The notes under the pieces: generated by a model | Databases searched by the model: none | The model's input: the letters and a program-made list of their open reading frames with translations, nothing else | What the model was told of the DNA's origin: nothing | Program-made: the position numbers and the translations under genes | Shown here: positions 1 to 8,179 of the stretch, in pieces | How the letters are laid out: each line of letters starts with the position of its first letter | Numbering within the stretch: the first letter of the stretch is position 1 | IMG/VR virus record: IMGVR_UViG_3300032212_000070 | Location: 1-38,593 of that record | Strand: one strand, 5' to 3' | DNA length: 38,593 nucleotides | Source: a virus | Taxonomy: Duplodnaviria > Caudoviricetes

Positions 1-141
1 CCGTCGCCGTAGCCGTCGCCGTAGCCGTCGCCGGAGCCGTAGCCGGAGCCGTAGCCGTAGCCGTAGCCGTAGCCGTCGCCGTAGCCGTCGCCGTAGCCGT
101 AGCCGGAGCCGTAGCCGGAGCCGGAGCCGTAGCCGGAGCCG
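1..141 (-). repeat. Hexamer repeat (CCGTAG/CCGTCG/CCGGAG) encoding Gly-Tyr/Gly-Asp/Gly-Ser
   Basis: Tandem 6-nt units. The same array is at 38470-38593. Confidence 0.95.
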
Positions 142-155
142 CTATTCCCAACCAT
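1..155 (-). CDS. GYGDGYGSG-repeat protein, N-terminal part (continues across the join to 38278)
   Basis: ATG at 155 with GGAGGT upstream; reads MVGNSGSGYGSG... Absent from the ORF track because it runs off the edge. Confidence 0.8.
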   Translation of the reverse strand, partial: MVGNSGSGYGSGSGYGSGYGYGDGYGDGYGYGYGYGSGYGSGDGYGDGYGD

Positions 156-411
156 CGAAAACCTCCGCAGCTTTCTCGGAAACAGACAAAAACTCTTGCC
201 ATTCAGTCTCAACAGTTACGGCGACAGACTTTGTGACGCGGGAACCATCAGGCGGGCCATCGACGGCAAGCCCAAATGTTCCTCCACTTGGGTAGTAGAT
301 GACCATGCGGGCGTCAGTAAGCCTAACCGCCTCACCTGGAACCGGCTCTTTCTCAGTTGTCCCGTAAACCAATGCCCGCCCGTTTTTTCCTGCACATAGA
401 ATGATTTTCAT
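142..411 (-). CDS. Phage hypothetical protein, DUF6948-like
   Basis: MKIILC...VRLTDARMVIYY..GLAVDGP...SEKAAE resembles the family usually found upstream of GYG-repeat genes. Start at 411 with GGAG RBS. Confidence 0.6.
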   Translation of the reverse strand: MKIILCAGKNGRALVYGTTEKEPVPGEAVRLTDARMVIYYPSGGTFGLAVDGPPDGSRVTKSVAVTVETEWQEFLSVSEKAAEVFDGWE

Positions 412-518
412 TTGCTCTGCTCCCTGATTGCTTTGGCGATGTCGGATAGACCGAAGCAAAGCGCAAAGATGATCCCGATACAGCCGACAAAAAACGTCAT
501 GTCGCTTAGTTCACTCAT
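408..518 (-). CDS. Small hydrophobic protein (36 aa)
   Basis: MSELSDMTFFVGCIGIIFALCFGL...EQSK; ATGA overlaps at both ends. Confidence 0.6.
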   Translation of the reverse strand: MSELSDMTFFVGCIGIIFALCFGLSDIAKAIREQSK

Positions 519-838
519 TCCCCTGACCCCTGCTCCTTGCGCCGCCTCAAATCGTCGCGGTGCTTGATGAATCTCTCGGCGATTACAAATGAATCATGAG
601 CACATTCGCCGGAATTCATATCGTACTTTTCGCGCCAACTGTAGTGATTCTCCACAAACAACCTCTCCGCCAGCCGCTCGACCTCAGAAGTGCGAAGTTG
701 GGCTTGGTGCGCGTCAACAATCGCCTCCAACCGTTCGCGGAAGTTCTTGGTTGCGTCGTCGCACTTGGCGGCCTCGTCTTTTTGTCCAAAGTCTGCCATG
801 ATTTTCCGCAAGACCTTTAGCATTTCTTGTTCGCTCAT
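515..838 (-). CDS. Hypothetical protein
   Basis: MSEQEML start at 838 preceded by GGAGGT. Confidence 0.7.
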   Translation of the reverse strand: MSEQEMLKVLRKIMADFGQKDEAAKCDDATKNFRERLEAIVDAHQAQLRTSEVERLAERLFVENHYSWREKYDMNSGECAHDSFVIAERFIKHRDDLRRRKEQGSGE

Positions 839-914
839 CTCTCTACCTCCGTTGATTAAAACGACCAGCGCCCCGCCGAAACATCGACATCCCTTGGACG
901 CCAGCCGTTGAATA

Positions 915-975
915 GCAGCAACAGGAATCGAACCTATCACCGAGCTGGTTACCCGGGCCGCGCCAACGGTACTGC
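915..975 (-). ncRNA. tRNA-like structured RNA (61 nt, non-canonical)
   Basis: Acceptor GCAGUA/UGCUGC; short D arm CCG-UUGGCG-CGG; stem CCGGG-UAACCAG-CUCGG; T arm AUAGG-UUCGAUU-CCUGU. No U33 and no encoded CCA. Confidence 0.6.
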
Positions 976-983
976 GTTGATGT

Positions 984-999
984 GCCCGTCTTTCCGGGC
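984..999 (-). promoter_or_regulatory. boxB-like hairpin GCCCG-GAAAGA-CGGGC
   Basis: Perfect 5-bp stem with a purine loop, similar to lambda boxB. Confidence 0.4.
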
Positions 1000-1210
1000 T
1001 GTCATTGAAGAAAAGTCGTTTTGCGTTTTCCGGTTTTCCTTACACCACCTCGTGGGCCTTTGCTATTTGGCGCGGTGCTTTCGCGGTGCGCGGTTCAGAA
1101 ATCCCGGCGACGCTCGCCAGGTTGAAAGGTGGCCCGCCGCACGACGAGCGCGGGGGACTGCTCGACAGGTCGCCGACCCGATGAAGGTGAGCGGCCCCTA
1201 AAGTCGGGCC

Positions 1211-1297
1211 AAAAAAGGTGCGATCCAGGCGGCGCAGTTAGAGAGTTAGGAGGGAAACACGGGCCAGGAGGAGCCCAAAGTTTACCGCCCGGATCGC
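1211..1297 (-). terminator. Long-loop hairpin followed by a U-tract
   Basis: 13-bp stem GCGAUCCGGGCGG/CCGCCUGGAUCGC then ACCUUUUUU, directly after the nuclease stop. Confidence 0.55.
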
Positions 1298-1302
1298 GTT
1301 GT

Positions 1303-2469
1303 CTATTTCGCGGCCTCGATCCGCGCTTTGTGCTCTTTCACAGATCGCGCCTTCCGCTTGTGCAGCCCGCCAAGTTCATCGACACGGGCCAGCAGTTCGC
1401 GCTTTGCTGGTGCGAGCTTGCCACCGGCCTCGATAATCGCGGGCTTGATGGCGCGGTCAATGGCGGCTTTGCTGGTCTTAATCTCGCAGGCAGCGTCGGC
1501 AGCCTCCTCGCCGTACATCTCCCGCAGAACCCGATAGACCACGCCACCTGAAAGGCTTTCGCGTGTGCCTTCAACCTCGCCCAACATCTTCCCGTCGCCC
1601 AGGTCGATGGGCTCGATTTCTGCGAAGGTCTTAACGGCGGCCTTCACTTCCTTCAGAATCTTTTCCATCGCCTTGACGCGGTGCCATGCTTCGGCGGCGT
1701 TGCCCTTTGTCAGTTCCAGCCCGAACTCGCCAGATCCCACAGCAACGGCCAGAGACGTAACGGCAGGGCATGAGGCGTAGGCAGGGCAGTAGCGGCAATG
1801 GTCGCCGGTCGTCGGCTTCAGCGTCACCTCTTGGGCGTGTGCCATCTTCGCATCAGTCACGGCGTCGAGGATCGCGGTTATCTGGCCTTCGATGACGGTC
1901 AAGTCCCACGCGGTCAAGTCCGCAACGTCGAACCACGACGAGCCATCTTCCTTAATGCGAACGATGGCGACGGTCGCGGCTTCGAGGCCATTGGCCCGGC
2001 AGTAGCAGAGCGCACCAAAGCGGAGCTGGAGGTTGACGGCAGCGGGCGCGGCGTCGGACCATCCACCCTTATAGTCCAGGACAATCCCTTTTGTCCCGTC
2101 TGCCGATGTTCCCACGCTATCCAACGTGCAAGGGATTTGAGCGGCGGTCAGCTTGCCGTAGTTGCGCCCCAGGCTTTGCCCGAGATAATCGACCGTCCCG
2201 GCGAAATCGTCCCAGACGTAGGCCGCTTCAGGAATAAACCCGGAAGCATTCGCAGCGGGCAGCCGGTCGAGGTCGATCACGGCGCATAGGTCGCGGTATT
2301 TGGCGTCTACGGCTTCGAGCGCGTCAGCCCTGCCGAGTGTTGGCACGGCGGCGAGAAACTTGTGCACGGCCGTTCCACGGTCGCTATCGGCGCTGATTGT
2401 ATCGCGGTGCGGCAGCGCCTCGGACGCGGGGCACTTTTCGGCGCGTTGTAGGCTTGATCCACTAAGCAT
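1303..2469 (-). CDS. PD-(D/E)XK recombination exonuclease, Cas4/RecB-like with putative Fe-S cluster
   Basis: LSGSSL..CP, RGTAVH, TLD..VLDYKGG, QL..GAL and C-terminal HCRYCP...CP. Adjacent to the annealase. Confidence 0.85.
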   Translation of the reverse strand: MLSGSSLQRAEKCPASEALPHRDTISADSDRGTAVHKFLAAVPTLGRADALEAVDAKYRDLCAVIDLDRLPAANASGFIPEAAYVWDDFAGTVDYLGQSLGRNYGKLTAAQIPCTLDSVGTSADGTKGIVLDYKGGWSDAAPAAVNLQLRFGALCYCRANGLEAATVAIVRIKEDGSSWFDVADLTAWDLTVIEGQITAILDAVTDAKMAHAQEVTLKPTTGDHCRYCPAYASCPAVTSLAVAVGSGEFGLELTKGNAAEAWHRVKAMEKILKEVKAAVKTFAEIEPIDLGDGKMLGEVEGTRESLSGGVVYRVLREMYGEEAADAACEIKTSKAAIDRAIKPAIIEAGGKLAPAKRELLARVDELGGLHKRKARSVKEHKARIEAAK

Positions 2470-3253
2470 TCTTGGTTTCCTCCACATTCTCAACCACGGT
2501 CTGCAATTCGTCGCGCCTCAGAACCCAGGCGGCGCGGGCCGCGTCGATCTGGTTGGCCGCCAGGCCGTCAACGTCAACGGCGAGCTTCTTCAGTTCGTGC
2601 AACGATTCACACGCGGCGATCTGATCCTTCAGCGCGCTAAACGCCGCATCGTTGGCCTCGACCGCCTTGGGCGTCTCGTCGGCTTTCGTGTTCTCGACAT
2701 CGCGCAGGATCGCAGGTTCGCTTGGCGCGTCCATGTGCTCAATTTCTTCCGGCAGATATGCGCCACCAAGCACGTCGGCCCCATGGCGGCGAGCGCCCAT
2801 CGCTACGGCTCTCCAGTAGAGCATGGTAGATGGCCACTTCTTGTACATTGAGGTGTCGAGAAGCTGCGCTCGCTCTGCATCCTTCAGGCTAAAGCTGACA
2901 GGATTGGCCAACTGAATTCCGCCGACTTTTCTATGGAAGATTAGCTCGCAGCCATTCTCATCAGAACGCACTGTCTCGATTGCGATCCCAGCACGAGTTA
3001 ACACCGAACACATCGCCGTTCCCTGAATGCCGATCTTCCGTTTGAAAATGTAGAGAGTGTTCAGGGCCTCCATATCGCTCATGCCCATCTCGCGCCCCTT
3101 AAGCAGAATCAAGACAGCGTCCTGGGCGCTCTTAATTGCCTCTGGGAGCAGGCCAGAGTCAAGCGCATATTGGCAAAAGTCTAACGCCGTCTGCCGTGCG
3201 TGGTCGTCAAACATCACGTCGGCGCTTCTTGGTGTTGTGGTCAGTTCGTTCAT
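2462..3253 (-). CDS. RecT/Red-beta-like single-strand annealing protein
   Basis: LKGREMGMS.MEAL..LYI, FSLKDAERAQL, YKKWPSTML.WRA, DVLGGAY.PEE. Start MNELT at 3253. Confidence 0.8.
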   Translation of the reverse strand: MNELTTTPRSADVMFDDHARQTALDFCQYALDSGLLPEAIKSAQDAVLILLKGREMGMSDMEALNTLYIFKRKIGIQGTAMCSVLTRAGIAIETVRSDENGCELIFHRKVGGIQLANPVSFSLKDAERAQLLDTSMYKKWPSTMLYWRAVAMGARRHGADVLGGAYLPEEIEHMDAPSEPAILRDVENTKADETPKAVEANDAAFSALKDQIAACESLHELKKLAVDVDGLAANQIDAARAAWVLRRDELQTVVENVEETKNA

Positions 3254-3368
3254 CTTCCGTCCTCCTGTTTGGCGGTCTCTATTCCGCCGTTTCGTTACGC
3301 ACCCCGAAGGATGCCCCAAAGGTCGCGCACGGCGTCACGCGCCCGCGCCAGGTCTTCGGCTTCCTCGT

Positions 3369-3461
3369 CTAAGACATTATGGCGAGGAGCATCAGCGTCA
3401 GCAGAGCGAGCGTCGTCACCACTTCCAGCCAGATTTCCTTGGCTATCGTCTTGCATCGCAT
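3369..3461 (-). CDS. Small hydrophobic peptide (30 aa)
   Basis: MRCKTIAKEIWLEVVTTLALLTLMLLAIMS with GGGGAG RBS. Confidence 0.4.
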   Translation of the reverse strand: MRCKTIAKEIWLEVVTTLALLTLMLLAIMS

Positions 3462-3727
3462 GGCTCCCCCTTTCCGTCTGTGATGGTCACATCATCGGAC
3501 ACGGCGAAAGCCTGATAGAAAATCTCGTCGCATTCGAGCGTCTTGCCGACTTGGGCTTCGGCCCACTTGATTTCGAGCGCGTCGGTCTCGAAGTAGAGTT
3601 TTTCCAGGTCGCCCGAGATGAGCGGGTTAACGGCGCCGATGACGCCATGAAGCAGGAACCCATCAAAGCGCGGGCTCCCGATCACGTTAGTGGCGGTCTT
3701 GATTCCTGTGATTTTGTATTTAGCCAT
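3443..3727 (-). CDS. Hypothetical protein
   Basis: MAKYKITG start at 3727 with GAGGA RBS. Confidence 0.7.
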   Translation of the reverse strand: MAKYKITGIKTATNVIGSPRFDGFLLHGVIGAVNPLISGDLEKLYFETDALEIKWAEAQVGKTLECDEIFYQAFAVSDDVTITDGKGEPCDARR

Positions 3728-3738
3728 GATTCCTCTCC

Positions 3739-4005
3739 TTAGATTTCGCTGACGCAGTTGGGGCAAAGCATTGCGACAACGCCGTCGCAGCGGTGGTCGC
3801 CCTCGTCGAGTGGCGCGAGGCGGTCGTCGCCGACCTCGTCTTCGCCGCGCAGTTCGCAATCGTCGCGGTGAAGGACTCCGGCCTCGCCGCAATCGGCGCA
3901 ACGCTCGACGCAGCAGTCAGAACCGCACTGACGGGTCAGGGCCTCGTATCGCTCTTCAGCGTCTTCGAGTGGTTTGGTTAGCCAGTTGTCGTATTGGGTG
4001 CCCAT
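3739..4005 (-). CDS. Acidic Cys-rich (zinc-binding) protein, first gene of the leftward early operon
   Basis: CGSDC, CADC, CPNC. ATG at 4005 with AGGAGG. Confidence 0.65.
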   Translation of the reverse strand: MGTQYDNWLTKPLEDAEERYEALTRQCGSDCCVERCADCGEAGVLHRDDCELRGEDEVGDDRLAPLDEGDHRCDGVVAMLCPNCVSEI

Positions 4006-4106
4006 CGGCTTGCCTCCTGTTTCCTGCGATTTCGCGTAACGGTCGGCCACGCTTTTCGCCTTGGTTTTGAGTCGAGCCAAACGGCCTTCCTCATCTCTCT
4101 GACGCA

Positions 4107-4135
4107 AATGTATAGCTAATCGGTTAGCATTGCAA
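4107..4135 (-). promoter_or_regulatory. Leftward early promoter with palindromic operator GCTAATCGGTTAGC (4115-4128)
   Basis: TTGCAA-17 bp-TACATT on the minus strand; the operator lies in the spacer. Confidence 0.7.
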
Positions 4136-4264
4136 TAAGGTTGTCGGAAAATGTCGGGCAGTTTCTTTTGCGGGGGTTTTTACCCACTTTCGCGGGAAAT
4201 TCGGTTTTTGGTGTAATTAGGCGATTCCGATTCACTCAGCAGAGATAGGCGCAGAGAGGAAGCT

Positions 4265-4960
4265 ATGCGGATCAAGTATTTAGACACCCACGAAATAGAC
4301 ATCTTGGGCGACCAGGTTGTCAGCGTTTCAGGCGTGGCGGTAATTCGCAGCGACCCTGTACGCTTCAGCTATTCATTCCCAATTGAGCAATATCAGAAGT
4401 TAGGCGAGCGGAGGGCCGCCAGGTTCGCGGCCATGGCGTCTTTGCGGCTGGCGGTGGAATCTGCCGAGAACGAAGACGACGAGGCGAGGGCGGCCTATTA
4501 TGCGGGCCTCATAGCACATGAGACATCTATCGCCCGGCCCGCTGCACTTGTCGCTATAGTCGCCGTCATCGTCTTTGCGGCATTCCAGGCGCTGCACAGT
4601 TGCCCGGAGCCTATCGGCTACCTGCCAAACACCCCGCCGAGCGCCCACGACTGGAGCGACGAGCAAATAAGCGGCTGGTTTTCCACGATGGCGGGCGAAA
4701 GCCGCGAGAACAAAGCCGCGCTCTACTTGCTGGCTCAGGCTTCGGGGACAAATGACGCTATTTGCAAGGCGGCCATTTGCGCCGGTGCGCCCAAGATAGA
4801 CGCCACGGGCTCAGTCAGAATTGACGTTGTTGCGGCGCGGAATTACATAAGATCGAAGCCTTGGCCGTTGGTCATTGACCATGTCAGGCTACACGCGGAC
4901 GATTTCGGCGAATCCCCCGAATACATCATTAGGAAAGTAAGTGAGGTTCTAAATGACTGA
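4265..4960 (+). CDS. Membrane protein, moron
   Basis: One hydrophobic segment (ALVAIVAVIVFAAF), GAGGA RBS, orientation opposite to neighbours. Confidence 0.7.
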   Translation: MRIKYLDTHEIDILGDQVVSVSGVAVIRSDPVRFSYSFPIEQYQKLGERRAARFAAMASLRLAVESAENEDDEARAAYYAGLIAHETSIARPAALVAIVAVIVFAAFQALHSCPEPIGYLPNTPPSAHDWSDEQISGWFSTMAGESRENKAALYLLAQASGTNDAICKAAICAGAPKIDATGSVRIDVVAARNYIRSKPWPLVIDHVRLHADDFGESPEYIIRKVSEVLND

Positions 4961-5195
4961 AAACAACGACCATTGCGCGGGCGAGACGTACTGCGTGACA
5001 TTGAGCGGAAGCGCCGCCAGTGACTTCAGCGCCAAGATTAACGGGCATGGCGTCTCACCAGACGTTACGCACTTGGGCAACGGCAAATATAAAGTCTGCG
5101 TCGATGGCACCCTACTAAACGTCGGCGATACGCTCGTCATCATCAAGGGCGGCTCAGACGTCGCCACGGCCAATATCATCGAGTGCGAAGGTTAA
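4953..5195 (+). CDS. Small beta-rich hypothetical protein
   Basis: Overlaps the upstream gene end, GAGG RBS, convergent with the integrase. Confidence 0.6.
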   Translation: MTENNDHCAGETYCVTLSGSAASDFSAKINGHGVSPDVTHLGNGKYKVCVDGTLLNVGDTLVIIKGGSDVATANIIECEG

Positions 5196-6280
5196 CCCAG
5201 CTCATCCAGGGCATCGCGGGCGTCTAACGGCTTGAGCCCGATATAATAACTGGCGGTCGTCGTCGGGCTTGAGTGCCTGAGCAATTGCTGAACGACCGGC
5301 AGCGGTGCCGTTTTGGAAATCAGCGTCGCTATCGTGTGGCGTCCCTTGTGGAATCCGGGCAGTCGCTCCTCTTTTGGGCGGCCTCGATTGTAGTTGTCCC
5401 GATCAGTTTGCAGCCGCTCACCTTCTGGGCGTCCGTTGTTCTTCCGCTCAAAAGGCACGATATGCCCGGCTTCCTGCCTGTGCTCTTGCAGCCAATCGAA
5501 CAGAATCCCGAACAGCGGCAGGACCGCGTCTCGCGTCTCAGTCTTTCCGATATTGCCAGCCGATACCCGAATCGTCCGATTCTCAAAGTCGATATCTTCC
5601 CAACGCGCTTGGCAGATTTCCTCCCGGCCCAGTGTCGAGAAGGCCAAAATATAGGCGGGCTCCAGACGCTCATGACCGGCGACCTTGTCCAGTATCTGCT
5701 TGACATCGTCCCAAGTGCCGACCCCTTCTGGGCGTTTCCGTCTGATTCCAGGGCGCGGGACACTGGACGCTGGATTAGAGGTTATCCAGGATCGCGGTAA
5801 CGCCATGCACCAGGTGAAGAAGGCGGAGAGGTTGACTAAGTCGGTCTTGGCGGTGGTCGGCTTTATCCCGGCATCCAGGCGGGCCTCGATGAACTCGGAA
5901 ACGGCCCGAGGATCGATCTTTTGTAACGGGGTGCCTTCACCTATCCAGGAAGCGAAGCGGCGCAGCCCGTTAGCCCGCAGGCGGGTAGAATGGGCCTTCC
6001 GCGTCCGGCTTGTGATTGTCTGCCACTCTGCTATTGCCAAGCTGATAGGAACCGAAGACAGCTCGACCGTATCGAACGATTCGAGGCGTTCTAACTCTTC
6101 GGCCATCATCCGAGCCATGATCAGGCCCGCCATATCCTTCGACGTGGCGTCTATGCGCTTCCGCGTCCGGTGCGGGTTTCCCCACTTGTCCTTAACCGTG
6201 AAATCGACGCAGGGGTGCCCGAGGCCCCAGGGGACTTCTCGACCTCGCTTGTCTCGACAGTATATGCGACCCTTTGCCAT
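5192..6280 (-). CDS. int: Tyrosine integrase
   Basis: Catalytic residues R (LGREEI), K (GKT), HxxR (FHKGRHT), H (LLRHSS) and Y (TTASYY); SAM-like core-binding domain. Confidence 0.93.
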   Translation of the reverse strand: MAKGRIYCRDKRGREVPWGLGHPCVDFTVKDKWGNPHRTRKRIDATSKDMAGLIMARMMAEELERLESFDTVELSSVPISLAIAEWQTITSRTRKAHSTRLRANGLRRFASWIGEGTPLQKIDPRAVSEFIEARLDAGIKPTTAKTDLVNLSAFFTWCMALPRSWITSNPASSVPRPGIRRKRPEGVGTWDDVKQILDKVAGHERLEPAYILAFSTLGREEICQARWEDIDFENRTIRVSAGNIGKTETRDAVLPLFGILFDWLQEHRQEAGHIVPFERKNNGRPEGERLQTDRDNYNRGRPKEERLPGFHKGRHTIATLISKTAPLPVVQQLLRHSSPTTTASYYIGLKPLDARDALDELG

Positions 6281-6291
6281 GAAATTCCCCC

Positions 6292-6546
6292 GGCACAATT
6301 GACACAATTCGCGGTTGTCTGATTTCGCAATTATAGCGCGGGCAACGGCTTATGGATACGATCTTTTAGGACGCCAATATAAGGCAAATTAGGTCTGCAC
6401 AAATCTAAGGTGCCGAATTCGTGCGCCAATCGGCCCACAGGTCACAATCACAAAAATAGCAACGACTTACGGCAGCGATTGTAACGCTAATCGAATAGCA
6501 TTCGCACCACTTCTTTCATAACGGCATGACACAAAAAAGCACAAAT
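6292..6546. other. Probable attP region with arm-type repeats
   Basis: AT-richer intergenic stretch between repressor and int with repeated (G/A)CACAA units at 6292-6309 (tandem), 6397, 6441-6455 and 6528-6546. Core not identified. Confidence 0.55.
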
Positions 6547-6549
6547 GGG

Positions 6550-6969
6550 CTATGAGCCCTTGCTACGTTTCGGGGTGTCGATTTTGGCGGCCAGATAACC
6601 GGCGACACAGAGCCCATAGACCTTAAGCTGTTTCGCCCGGCTTAGGCTATCGACCAGATCGAACAGCGGCTTAACCACGCCGCCAGTCGCGCCCGAATCA
6701 GGATGGTATCGGTTCTTTAGCCAAAGGATCGCCACCCAATCGCATTCATCTTCAGATAGCCCGGCTTCCTCAGCCAGGCGGCGGGCAGCTTGCGGCCCCA
6801 TTGCGGTCGAGCCCGGCTTAAGCGCGACGTACAGCACGTTGCGGGAAATGCCAGCCTTGGCGCAGAGCGAGCCCACAGATAGCGATCTATCGGCCTTTGC
6901 GCGTTGGCGCAGCAGGTCCACAGCTTCGGCGAACGTGGCGCATTTGTAGACGGTCTGAGGGGCGGTCAT
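6550..6969 (-). CDS. Putative immunity repressor (HTH)
   Basis: LSVGSLCAKAGISRNVLYVAL helix-turn-helix; divergent from a small HTH gene and upstream of int. Confidence 0.7.
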   Translation of the reverse strand: MTAPQTVYKCATFAEAVDLLRQRAKADRSLSVGSLCAKAGISRNVLYVALKPGSTAMGPQAARRLAEEAGLSEDECDWVAILWLKNRYHPDSGATGGVVKPLFDLVDSLSRAKQLKVYGLCVAGYLAAKIDTPKRSKGS

Positions 6970-7011
6970 ATCGCCAAGGTAGAACAATTAGCCCACATTT
7001 CCCACAATCAG

Positions 7012-7040
7012 TTGACAGGCCAACCGATTAGGGTTACAAA
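7012..7040 (+). promoter_or_regulatory. Rightward early promoter with operator GCCAACCGATTAGG (7019-7032)
   Basis: TTGACA-17 bp-TACAAA. Predicted +1 falls at or near ATG 7047. Confidence 0.65.
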
Positions 7041-7046
7041 TTCGCC

Positions 7047-7241
7047 ATGAGAAAAACGACTTACGAAGCTCCGGTCTGGGGCATCAAAAATATCGCAGAG
7101 CTTTTTGGCCGTCATCCTCGCACCCTTGAGCGGTGGTTACTTATTGACGCTCCAGAGGTTGGGATGATCAAGAAGAACAGCGCGGGCCAATTTTACGCCT
7201 ACCCATCAGAAATTGAGGCTTTCCTGAAAGGCCGTAAGTGA
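7047..7241 (+). CDS. Cro/Xis-like winged HTH protein
   Basis: IKNIAELFGRHPRTLERWL...FYAYPSEIEAFL; first gene of the rightward operon. Confidence 0.75.
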   Translation: MRKTTYEAPVWGIKNIAELFGRHPRTLERWLLIDAPEVGMIKKNSAGQFYAYPSEIEAFLKGRK

Positions 7242-8179
7242 TGCTGATGGCAATCAAGGATTGGGGCGAACATTTCGAGAGCGCGGCCAGCCGGAAGCTC
7301 AAGGCGTTCACTTTTGCGCCGCTCCCGATTCGCCAGGGCTCCTTCTATGTCGAGATGATGTTAGAGCCCAACAAGTATGAATTATACGCTTGCTGGTGCC
7401 AGATTCTTTGCGTCGCGGCAGCGGCAAAGCCTCGCGGCGTCCTCACTCGCGGCAACGGAAAGCCCCACACAGCCAAGACGCTGGCGCATCAGGCCAGAAT
7501 GGACGAAGACGCCATGCAGAGGGCGCTGGACTTCGCCATAAGTCAGGGCCGACTAATCCTTTCCAACGATCTGCCATCTAAATCCCATTCAAATGCCACT
7601 CAAATCCCGTTCAAATCCCAATCGGATGCCGCTAACGATCCCGATAAGGAAGGAAGGAAGGAAGGAAAGAAAGAAGGAAGGGAGGAAGAGGGCGCAGCCG
7701 CGCCCAAGGAAATCCCCCCCCCTCCCGCTGCGCGTGAGAAGGCAGAAGAGACCCCAGGCTTGACCATCAAGCGCGGCGAGGAGTCTGGCACGTATTCGGT
7801 GGCAACTGGCACTCTCCCCGCCCTATCCCCCGCCGACATCATCGGCGCTTGGGACGCAATCACGGCGAAGACCTCCAGCAAAGCCGACATTGAAGCGGCC
7901 CGAGAGCTCGCCCCACGGCTTCGGGATATCGGACAGGTCCAACGGGCAGCCCGGTCCTTCCTCGACTCCATCGCGCCCAAGTATTTCCCATTCAAGACAT
8001 TCGCCAACCAGTTCGACGAGCACGACCGACCGCCGAAGCCACCGGCCATGGAAGCAGCCATCGCGGACGCCGACCGACACGCCGCAGCCATCGCAGACCA
8101 GGCGGCCAAGTCCGTAACCACCGACAACCTCGCGCCCGATCTTCAGGCGCAACTGGCAAAGCTGAAAGGGACGGCGTGA
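7238..8179 (+). CDS. Phage replication initiator
   Basis: IKDW..F N-terminus, helical core, internal iterons and KEGRKE linker; position after the Cro-like gene. Confidence 0.75.
   Translation: MMLMAIKDWGEHFESAASRKLKAFTFAPLPIRQGSFYVEMMLEPNKYELYACWCQILCVAAAAKPRGVLTRGNGKPHTAKTLAHQARMDEDAMQRALDFAISQGRLILSNDLPSKSHSNATQIPFKSQSDAANDPDKEGRKEGKKEGREEEGAAAPKEIPPPPAAREKAEETPGLTIKRGEESGTYSVATGTLPALSPADIIGAWDAITAKTSSKADIEAARELAPRLRDIGQVQRAARSFLDSIAPKYFPFKTFANQFDEHDRPPKPPAMEAAIADADRHAAAIADQAAKSVTTDNLAPDLQAQLAKLKGTA
7578..7693 (+). repeat. Putative replication origin: 11-bp iterons plus purine tract
   Basis: CTAAATCCCAT, TCAAATGCCAC, TCAAATCCCGT, TCAAATCCCAA in tandem, then (GAAG)n at about 7646-7693. 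Confidence 0.7.

Noticed and set aside
1-141. Terminal repeats as a CRISPR array or telomere
   Set aside because: They are 6-nt in-frame coding units with no spacers, inside an ORF that has an RBS.
915-975. Functional tRNA-Gly
   Set aside because: Only 61 nt, lacking U33, a full acceptor stem and CCA; kept as tRNA-like only.
1303-2469. Cas4 of a CRISPR system
   Set aside because: No array or other cas genes; it is paired with an annealase as a recombination module.
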